From assembly GCA_043228905.1 (NCBI GenBank), contig JBHGNT010001262.1, positions 1 through 10,563 of the forward strand: DNA of 10,563 nt, in the 5' to 3' direction. The stretch's first letter is position 1. Every line of letters begins with the position of its first letter. Both the position numbers and the translations under genes were made by a program. Shown here one piece after another: positions 1 through 8,769 of this stretch. The stretch is from Azolla caroliniana (taxonomy: Eukaryota > Plantae > Polypodiophyta). The notes under the pieces are model-generated. The model was not told the DNA's origin. It did not search any database and saw only the letters and a program-made list of their open reading frames with translations.

Positions 1-461
1 CAACGCTGTGTCTGCAAAATATTTAGGGGGGTAAGAAGCTTTTAATCATATATGATTCTTTTCTTACTGCATTTTTTGTATTTACTGGGTATAACCTAAA
101 TTATGTTGATTTAAGCATCACATTTTGCTGTCACCATAGCAGATCTCCTCTGGTGGATGAGCAATGGATACTTTTTGGGTACTGTGCTTTTACAAGTAAG
201 CCATTTCTTTCAATTGATTTTCATTCACATATTGTTTGAGGAGCTTCACTGATCGGAAATCTGATCATTTTTTATTTCTAGTGTCGTTGTATGTTCACTT
301 TGCTGTTAGCGTTATTCAGGAGATTACAAATGCTCTCGGGATACATTGCTTCAAGTAAGACAACCATAGGATGGTCTTTGGGTTTCTGTATTATGTCTTT
401 TGTTCCTGAAGATAATCATGATGTAACTTTTGGTTGCAGAATTGGCAGGAAAGAAGCATAA
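1..461 (+). CDS. AAPT1: Aminoalcoholphosphotransferase (choline/ethanolaminephosphotransferase), 3' end; exons <1-30, 143-195, 282-354, 440-461
   Basis: Canonical GT-AG introns at 31-142, 196-281 and 355-439 (all donors GTAAG) join in frame to NAVSAKYLGGSPLVDEQWILFGYCAFTMSLYVHFAVSVIQEITNALGIHCFKIGRKEA* (TAA 459-461). This closely matches the recalled C-terminus of plant AAPT1/AAPT2 (...PLVDE.WVLLGYC.FT.SLYLHFATSVIHEIT.ALGIYCFRITRKEA). The paralogue number cannot be resolved. Confidence 0.93.
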
Positions 462-1312
462 TTATAATAATAACATTATCCTCAAATTTTGGGCACAAGA
501 GGATTAAATTTTTGTAGGAAGAAATAGGGAGAAATTCAGTGCATATGAAGCACAGTGATCCAAATTTGAACTGACATTGCGAACAAAATATTGAAGCGCT
601 GGAGTCTCAACATTCAACATGTCTCCGATTTAGTACTAACAGATTGGTATCAGGCCATTTAATTCTTTCATGATGCTATATTTGGGCATCAAATTGCATT
701 CTTGATTGTTGGTTTACATGCATGCTGATGATTGCATAACAAAATTTTGGAACTTACCTGTTTAATTTTAAATTGATTACTTTTTTGAAGAGTGGTAAGT
801 CATATGGAGAGATGATGAATGATTATTAGTGACTATAAAATGTCCAATGATTAAGCTTCAAAATATTTCTAGTTCAATTCACGTAATCGTTCATTCGAAC
901 TAATTTACTGTTTCTTTGTAGTGTTCATGCAACGATGTCATGCATAAAAGGGAAAAGGTCAACCTTTTTTGTCAAAAGATTCCTTGAATTAGAGAATAAT
1001 TATGTATACTTTTCCAAAAAGCATTATCTTTTGAATAATTCAAGATCATTACATTGGTATTTGCAATTGCTATTGTTATGTCTTCACATGTTCTAAAACA
1101 AGGTGTGTGGGAGGTTAACATGTTAGCTTGAATCTCCTAGCATGACCTTATCTTTCTCAGTCATAATGTGTTCATAACTTGAGCAATACCCCCAGCTTGC
1201 TTTTTTACATGGTAGTCAATTTTGATTCTACAGTCTATGTTCCTATGAGAGAAAGTGTTGGTTATTGAGGTTAAATGTCTAGTGGGGGGGGACTCAATCT
1301 ATAATTGATTGA

Positions 1313-1329
1313 TCTCTCTCTCTCTCTCT
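1313..1329. repeat. (TC)n microsatellite, left flank of the non-LTR insertion
   Basis: tctctctctctctctct seen directly; it abuts the truncated 5' end of the retroelement frame. Confidence 0.9.
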
Positions 1330-2057
1330 TGGAAACAAGTGTTCAACCTATAGAAATACTGGCACTCTAAAGAGTATATACATACATTACAAAAGTCAAG
1401 AATATGCTAAATCATCAATTACCACATCTTGATTGGAATTTTGGATATAAGTGACAAAAGAATCATAAGAGTAAGATTCTCTCATCCGGTTGGGTTGTTG
1501 ACATAAGGAAATGGTTTAAAAGATGGGATGTGGATGATCTTTTAGAGCTTTCAAGTGATGTTATTCATTATGTAATGATTGAGGAAAGGTTGGTGGAATC
1601 ATTAAGGATAAAGTGGGAAGATGCTAAGAGGACAAAGCTAGAATATTACATTGCAAATGTCAACCTTGAATGTTGGTCTCAACATAAAGCAAGAATGTCT
1701 ATTGATCGTATCCAACCTTATCTCATTACCAATATGAGTAGTAATGCTCGTAGAGCCCTTACACTACTTCGTACTCGATCTCACGAGTTAGGTATTGAAA
1801 TTGCATCATGGTATCAAAATATAATGAATTTGAAGACATGTAAAGTATGCAATGAAGGCATAGTAGAGGATGAATGTCACTTGCTCTTCACATGCTCGAC
1901 ATATAGTGCAATTCGTTCAAGATATTCTGACATACTAAGAGGGAGTGATAACTTAAGTGTCATACTTAAGACACCACCTAGAAGGTTGAGCTCATATGTG
2001 TATGATTTATTCACACATAGAGACTTTGTGCTTCAATGTATGAATACCCCTTCTTAG
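1329..2057 (+). pseudogene. Disrupted LINE ORF2 C-terminal fragment with zinc-binding domain
   Basis: The listed 175-aa ORF (GTG start) is only the stop-free tail of a longer frame interrupted by TAA and TGA. Confidence 0.8.
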
Positions 2058-2141
2058 GAAGGAGACACATATCAAGAACACATGTATACTCTGGTCCCAT
2101 AGGTCAAATTTGGCCTCTTTATAGACGATAAAAATTCTAAT

Positions 2142-2144
<3 letters not shown>
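1329..2144 (+). mobile_element. 5'-truncated non-LTR retrotransposon (RTE/RTEX-like): ORF2 C-terminal region, 3' UTR and (AATTCT)2 tail
   Basis: One reading frame from 1329: LETSVQPIEILAL*RVYTYITKVKNMLNHQLPHLDW...K*...SSGWVVDIRKWFKRWDV, continuing into ORF 1530-2057. That ORF contains QPYL...LRTRSHELGIEIASW...CKVCNEGIVEDECHLLFTCSTYSAIR, the C-terminal CCHC zinc-knuckle pattern I associate with RTEX-like ORF2 (R..SH.L.IE.GRW...C..C....EDE.H.L..C..Y..R). It has two in-frame stops, no RT or endonuclease domain, and a short tandem tail AATTCT-AATTCT at 2133-2144. Clade assignment is tentative. Confidence 0.85.
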
Positions 2145-2181
<37 letters not shown>

Positions 2182-2207
2182 GCACGCACGCACGCACGCA
2201 CGCACAC
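2142..2207. repeat. Compound microsatellite (TC)13(AC)7(GCAC)6
   Basis: Seen directly; forms the right flank of the non-LTR insertion. Confidence 0.95.
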
Positions 2208-2289
2208 AATCTCTTTGGTATACCTTAATGCTTCTCAATTGAACTTCTATACCTCTTTGGAAAGAGAAACCTATATGACTCTTAGGATT

Positions 2290-3194
2290 ATAACATTATG
2301 TTGGGATTAGGAAGACATGTGGTTGATTTCCATGTTAAGTTTCACTCTGGGGGCTCAAAATATTTAGTGGACTATCAAGAAGGAATTGAGGATCTTGTTG
2401 ACCTCAAAAGTGGTGTACAAAGTTTTATGGCTGAAATCAAGATGTTGAGTGAGGTGGGCACTGGGCATGAATGTCGATGGCACGTGATATCTAGAGCTAC
2501 ACCACTATTAGAGTGGAAAGCATTCAATGATCAAACGGTGGACCAAAGATAAAGAGATCCAATGTTAGCTCATGTTATATCTCAATTAAGAGAAGGTGAC
2601 CTTGAACTCTTGTGCAATAGATAATTATCAAGATCAATAAAAAAATAGTTGCAAATGAGTCCGGAGGAATCATCAAGGTGGACAAAAGATGTAAAAGAGT
2701 CTAGGGATCAAATAATTAGAGAGTTGACAATATAAAAGTTATAGTGAATGGCTCAGCTCGCATTGGTAGCACATACTTGAGGGGAAGTGTTAGATGTGAA
2801 CAAGAACTTGCAACCTTCAAATGTGTTGTCAACATAAAGGGTTGCATTGAATATGGTTTATGGGCTAATTATTAAGTACAAAAACCCTATTACATTAAGG
2901 AAACCTTTGATAGTGTTTCACGGTAGTCACTCACTTCACCCACTAAGTAAAAGGATTGATTTGCTCGATCACAAGCACGTAACTTGTAAGCTATAGCTTT
3001 ATTGTTTGGAACCTTTATCGCAATCACATTTGAATGCCATGTTCATTGCTATACACTCTTCATTTCTATGTTGTATTCTTTGAGTTAAATCTCAAGACAT
3101 CCTCTATCTTTTTTGCATACACTAGCATTTGTAGCCATTGATTTTTATCTTGGCATGTGGAGGGCCATACCCATTGATCAAATGTCATTTAACA
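2290..3194 (+). mobile_element. Degenerate Ty1/copia remnant: RNase H fragment, polypurine tract and putative 3' LTR
   Basis: Broken + frames give SFTLGAQNI*WTIKKE (cf. F.LG..AISW.SKKQ), RWTKDKEIQC (cf. RTKHIEI) and EGDLELL, in the order expected for copia RNase H. These are followed by TTGAGGGGAAG-TGTTAG (PPT 2779-2787, LTR start 2788). The 5' boundary is approximate. Confidence 0.65.
2788..3194 (+). repeat. Putative copia 3' LTR (~407 bp)
   Basis: Starts TGTTA immediately after the PPT; inverted terminus TAACA at 3190-3194. There is no second LTR in the window to confirm the end. Confidence 0.5.
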
Positions 3195-4288
3195 CAATAT
3201 GTGGCACAACTATCTCACCCCCCTAAGACAAAGAATATTAATGATACGACAAACTCTAGTTAGTTCTCTACCTAACACTAGCTCCCTTCTTCTTCTTTTT
3301 TACATGCATGGATGTATACTTTTTTCTTGCTTGCATTGTTAGGTGTATCAAATATTAGGATGGTAATGGTAGACAATAACAATATTCATTTCAATGTCTA
3401 CAACGTCACCTTGGCCCACATGCAACAATAGTTTGAGTTGTCTTTTAGAGGGAAATGATATCCTTGGTGAAATGATACCAATGATAGTGAAATGGAAAAT
3501 TTGTAGTGTTGGAAACTGATGTATATGTTAAACATAATTGGTGTTTGGCAAAATGAAGCTAAGAAAGCGAAACCATGCCCTAAAAAACGATTTACTTTCC
3601 CCGACCTACAGGTTAGAAAACTAAAGGGACAATGTTACATTGTGTCTTCAAGTCCCGAGAACATAAGGATAGACCAATACAAATTCTCATTCTTCCATAA
3701 AGGATCTAAACATTGTGTTATTAAAGCATCATGTGTACAAATCAAACAATGTATCTCCTTCAAAATATAACAAAATTTGTATGGAATGATAATGTGAACA
3801 ATAACAATGAACTAACACTATTTATCTTTTGGAAAATTGAACCTCAATTGTGCAAAGAGGATGATTACTAATCAAAATCAAATAATAATTTATTCTCAGT
3901 GTTGGAGCAATTCACCTCAAATTAATGGTTGACGTAATTGCCGAGCATAACAAGCAGTACATTTCTAGATTTTCATTTCAGAATTTGATGGAGTTGAGTG
4001 GCATGTCGAGTCACTTGTACATAAGAAAGTTGGAATTGAAGCAATAAAGCTAAAAACTTAAAGGCCTAATAATACTTTGGTAGGATATGAAAGTTTTATC
4101 GTATTTTATTGGGAAAAGGATTATATGTTTCAATATCCAAAAAGTATGTTCTCTATATTTATAAAGTATTCATGATTGAGCGCAGAATGTCACGGGCTGA
4201 AGTATTTAGAGACATAAAATAAGAAAACTACGCCGATTTTTGGAATATGCACAAGCACGCTTCTATTTTATTTTTATTCCCGATAATT

Positions 4289-4383
4289 GGATACACATCC
4301 CATGTTTGTAACCAATTGTCTCATGGACCAAATTTGGTCATAGAAGACGTTAATATTTCATTCTTCTTTCTTTCTTTCTTTCT
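4289..4383 (+). mobile_element. Second non-LTR retroposon-like 3' end (LINE or SINE) with (CTTT)n tail; 5' extent unknown
   Basis: GGATACACAT..CATGT..GTCTCATGGACCAAATTTGGTC..AGACGTTAA aligns with GGAGACACAT..CATGT..GTCCCATAGGTCAAATTTGGCC..AGACGATAA of the element at 2061-2131, and is likewise followed by a pyrimidine-rich short-repeat tail. Confidence 0.6.
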
Positions 4384-6061
4384 AATTAAGATATATACAT
4401 GCGTTTCTGATTAAAGAAGCAAGATTTCCCAAAATCTTAGGAAATTAACATTCCAGTTAAGTCATGCCCAATTTCTAGTTGCTACCATAATTAGTAAATG
4501 ACATCGTTAGATTAAGCTTAATTACATTTTTTCTATTTATTTAGGGAGCTTGTATGTGTATTATTCCTCCTTATGTCCTATATTTTACTTTTTTGTTTTA
4601 TATTCGTGTGGATTTGTAAATTTTCCATACATGATCACACTTTTTATTATACGTAAGATGACAACAATGCAAGTGAATCATCATGGTTGCTACCTGTTGA
4701 AAATTTCCATTATCTCCAACTACCATCGTTCAATCCCCTTTAATAGAGGCTAAGCCTAGTGTTATACCACGACCATTCTATATGAAACCTACGAGATTTG
4801 ATGAAGTGTTGTACTACAAGGAGCATGAAAAGAATATGTGGAGAGCTAGCTAAACTTTCAATCAAAGTTGAACTACAATAGTACTTGGTTTTTCGTCTTT
4901 TAAGGGTTTATTGTGCCCTATAGTAATGATACCAAACTAGTGACTAGAGAAATACACAAATGAGATCGGAGGCGTTGATGACATTGGTGACTAGAGTATG
5001 GTATATCTTTTATGCCTTTTGAGGACATGTTAAAGGAAAACAACTAAAAAGATTTGATTTCAGTCTCATTTGTTTATTTTCTAGCTGATGATTTTCATAA
5101 TATTATTGTGCCATCGATGAATTGGGTATGGTATGCCTTTTTATGTTTGATGATGAAAATAATCATCACCATCAATAGGTTGTACCCTTGTTGTATGATA
5201 CCACTAGAGAAGCCAAGGGGGCATCAGATGTTTCTACGCTTGTCCATACATCAATTACTAGTATTTTAACATCTCAACACCAATTATGATGCAATGTACG
5301 TTGGTTGTTTGCCTTTATTAATTCCTCAAAAGCCAAATTCAAAATTATGTTGAACGGACATGGGAAAGGACCATTCACATTAGGCAACAATAGAAATGTG
5401 GTTCTTCCTACCTATAGACTATAGCCTCTCCATGTTTTGTAACAGACCGCCTTTTTGTCTCACTTGCACTAGGTTCCACCTAATAATTGAAGGCAATGAT
5501 AACATGGCATGGCTAAATCTCTACACCCACTATTGTGTGCATTTCACTAAATATACCACCAACCTCAACTATCTGACATCCATCGATACATTTTCCATGT
5601 AAATGGTATATACTATACACATTTTTAATATGTCCTAGAGGGTCTGTGTGCCATTGCACATGTAAAAAGCCATAGTTGTAAATACAAACTTCCAACCATA
5701 AAAGCTACATCATACCTTAGTCATCTATGACACAAGACAAAATTTGCAACTAGAAAAAGGTTAAGGTTATGTTGTGTCACTTTTCATGGAAACATGTAAA
5801 TGCCCTTTCTTCGGGCACGTCTCTAATACTATAATTTGCCTCATACCATCAAACCTACCCCTGACTCCTTGTATCATCAGAACTTTGAGTTCATACCCAA
5901 GCGGAAACTTCTAAACATATAGTAGATGATGAAAGGATCCAATGCATAAAACTTTATCAAGTTTTGTATGTTCACGTCAAACATTTCTATTGGCATTGCA
6001 TGTGAATGGTGCTCGATTGCATAATGTGTTTTTGTTACATTGCTAAGGCATTTTACATGAG

Positions 6062-6789
6062 TTACGAGTATAAAGCAATTTGTTTTCTATAGGAGATGAA
6101 ATCTCCAAATTTACATTGGGTAATCATGTGGTTGTTCCATGTGAGTATTAATTGAGTGCGTTCCTTACTTGGACGACGATTGCTTTTTTCTATGAATGCA
6201 TACATGACATCACATGGATAATTGCTTGTGGAACAATTTTGAGCATGATCTTTACCTTTGACAATCAATTACATTTCAAGGAGAGACAAAACGCTTCGTT
6301 GATGGATTTGCAACCATCTCTAAAATCCTTCCACCCTTGTTTCTAGAGGCTAGTATTATCAATCATTTATAACTACCGCTTCCGTAGACCCAATGTTCAT
6401 GAAAATGTGCTTCCCCCAAAATTCTCTTGTGAATGTTGTAGGTAACTCAACACTAATATTCGTATGTGCCTTTGCTTCAAATCAAATCTCTTCTTTCTTA
6501 TTCCAAATGTTACAACATCATGTTTATCTCAATGTTGTCGGCAAGCAATAAACTATCTGAAAACATGCATTGAGCTTGGAGGTGTTGTTTGGATGTGGAA
6601 ATTGTGGTATCCAACCCAACCTTGACTCAATTGGGTTATCTTGCACAGTTGATCAAAGTTTGGACGTGGCGTTATTTGATTGGAGAATTTTAGTGTGCAA
6701 CATGATCGTGCGGCCACTTTGAGTTTGGAGGCGTTGTTCAAGCTTTGATTGTGAGAAATGATCTTAAATAAGCTCGTCTTAGTGCTCAC
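6062..6789 (-). pseudogene. Decayed ORF resembling LTR-retrotransposon accessory (env-like / putative plant transposon protein) domain
   Basis: The minus-strand frame of ORF 6553-6789 continues through stops: FDQLCKITQLSQGWVGYHNF...HVFR*FIACRQH*DKHDVVTFGIRKKRFDLKQRHI, then after a frameshift SVELPTT. This is reminiscent of the GW..F...V.EF.A...V...I...F.L...I...L.LP pattern. Motif-level recall only. Confidence 0.35.
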
Positions 6790-6989
6790 GAGTCATGACT
6801 CAAACTTCAAAAATAATTCGCATTTCAAAGGTATTGCTTGGACTAAGTTGACTTACAACTCGGTCGATGAAGCCCTTCATATCGAGGAAGAGATGGCAAC
6901 AAGATTCGGAAGCATCAAACTAAATATTGCAATTTTGTAGTTAGCTTTATTAGTAGGAAGAATTTTGTACTTAGTTTTAAATATTTTAT

Positions 6990-7134
6990 CATGATATTTC
7001 TTTGTTTATGATAATGTTTCTAATTGGCTACTGACCACTTTCTAATACTCCACTTAGTTCACCTCACTAGCATGATATCTCTTTGTTTATAATGATGTTT
7101 CTAATTGGCTATTCCTCACCACTTTCTAATGCTC
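6990..7134. repeat. Imperfect direct duplication, ~61-64 bp unit, 81-bp period (6990-7050, 7071-7134)
   Basis: catgatatttctttgtttatgataatgtttctaattggcta..accactttctaatactc vs catgatatctctttgtttataatgatgtttctaattggcta..accactttctaatgctc. Confidence 0.9.
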
Positions 7135-7539
7135 AAGTCAAAACTTCCATGGTCCAAACAAAAAGATTGTATTGTCATTGAGAAGCATCCTTCGTCAAGT
7201 TTTTCCCCTAGTAAATGCATGTTTGTTATTAAAACAAGATGATAAAACAACCTTTGCTATCTCCACTAGTGATATGGGAAGGTAAACCCTCTCAAGTGTT
7301 GTAACAGTAGATGACATAAATCTACCTCATTTGGGACAGCGTCCCACACAACATAGTTGCGAAAATTGCCAAATCAACTTCCTTTTCATCCTACAGATTT
7401 GTTGTGTTACCCCTTGAAATCCATGAAATAAGAGCCCATTTCTCACGGTCCAATTAAAAACCACATCCTTCATTATCTAAGGTAGTCGTCAAAACAACCT
7501 GACATGATTGATGGTAACTATTAGGCTTGATTTAGAGAC

Positions 7540-7660
7540 CGAACCTTGGCTTGTAGAGCAGTGCGGAAACATTGGTTGCATCCATAGAATAACATTTCCG
7601 ATCGAACCTTGGATCGTAGAGCCATGCAAAAGCATTGGTCGCATCCTTAGAATAGCACTT
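7540..7660. repeat. Imperfect tandem duplication, 63-bp period (7540-7597, 7603-7660)
   Basis: cgaaccttggcttgtagagcagtgcggaaacattggttgcatccatagaataacattt vs cgaaccttggatcgtagagccatgcaaaagcattggtcgcatccttagaatagcactt; ungapped. Confidence 0.9.
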
Positions 7661-7909
7661 GTAAATGGGTTAAATAAACTTGGAATTACACTCGGAAATT
7701 GTCTTTTCTTTACTTTCCTTTTTCCCCCAAATGCACAACACACACCATCCAAGGATTATTAACGACAAGAATCCACGGGCATACACACCATCCACATACA
7801 AAATTATGTAAAAGAAAACAAAAATGAAAAATAAATAGATGAATGAATGGATGAATACAAAAATATGCATGAGGTATAATTGTTATATATGGGAGGTATA
7901 TGCTGCATC

Positions 7910-7979
7910 ACATACATACATACATACATTATAAATTTATACATATATGTATGTAAGTATGCGTATGTTTTATGTATGT
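7910..7979. repeat. (ACAT)n followed by degenerate (ATGT)n: inverted microsatellite pair
   Basis: acatacatacatacatacat...atgtatgtaagtatgcgtatgttttatgtatgt seen directly. Confidence 0.75.
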
Positions 7980-8769
7980 TGTGTATATATATTTATGTAT
8001 ACGGATACGTATAATCTACGTCTCGGCTGTACGCATTTATTGCCGTCACTGACATCCTCCTCTTCCTCCTGACAATCGCGCGCCTTTTTTCTCTATCTCT
8101 GTGCTTTCTTTTTGTCGGCTTCGCTTCCGCCCAACCCCCCACCTCTCTTGCTATTTGCTTCCATGGATTCTCCTCTCTCCTCCTCCTTCTTCCTGTCAAG
8201 CTTCCTTCCTCCCCACAGCTGTACTGTGCAGAGGTTATCAGACTGACCGTTCACAAGGAGGACAAAAAAGGAAGGAGGCGAAAAAGAGATGTTTTGTTCA
8301 CACTACATCCCCTCATTCTGTAGCACCGGAGCGAAGCAGTATTTACCACGCAGATACAGACGCTGAGGCAGTGAAAAAACAAAGAAAGGAAAGGAAGGAT
8401 TTAACACATCCAGCGGGAGGGAGGGAGAGGGAAAGATGCATTGACATCTCCGAGAGATTCAGTAAAAGAAGGCAGTCAGATCAATTCGAGCTTATCTTTT
8501 CTATTCTTTCTCTACAGAATTTTGCTCAGTAAGCTTGGACGGCAGCCTTGCTACAATTCATTCTCGAGCAGGAGAAGAAGAAGAAGGCAAATTCTTGCAG
8601 TCACTAATATTTGAGAAGAAGAAGAGGAAGACGATGAATATACATCTGCTCAGAAAGAGTTTTAGGTTATTATAGTGTTTCTAACACAATGTGGATTTAC
8701 ATCATTTCTCTGTGAAACTGTACCCTGACAGTTTTCAAGTAACTTATTCCAACATATACCTGCACGGCC
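7980..8769 (+). promoter_or_regulatory. Probable core promoter and 5' leader of the SPARK-domain gene
   Basis: TATA-like TATATATATTTA near 7985-7996, an abrupt rise in GC/CpG from ~8000, a pyrimidine-rich patch at ~8050-8215 and GA-rich tracts at ~8255-8630, as typical of plant leaders. The TSS is not determined. Confidence 0.5.

Noticed and set aside
1530-2057. 175-aa ORF as a host zinc-finger gene
   Set aside because: It has no ATG start, and the frame continues upstream through two stops to a microsatellite junction; it is a LINE ORF2 fragment.
2298-2552. 84-aa ORF
   Set aside because: The copia RNase H similarity is in another, broken frame; this ORF is incidental.
3452-3495. Repeated (gtg)aaatgata units
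   Set aside because: Short degenerate AT-rich repeat with no further context.
4550-6940. Short plus-strand ORFs of 60-71 aa
   Set aside because: No domain or splice-supported structure; consistent with chance ORFs or the antisense of decayed TE sequence.
7307-7346. Two small hairpins (GTAGAT..ATCTAC; TGGGAC-AGC-GTCCCA) as a Helitron 3' end
   Set aside because: Stems are only 6 bp and there is no correctly spaced CTRR terminus; this is expected by chance.
7993-8532. ORFs 8101-8532 (+) and 7993-8199 (-)
   Set aside because: These are low-complexity translations of CT- and GA-rich leader DNA with no recognisable domain, and the + ORF has a GTG start.
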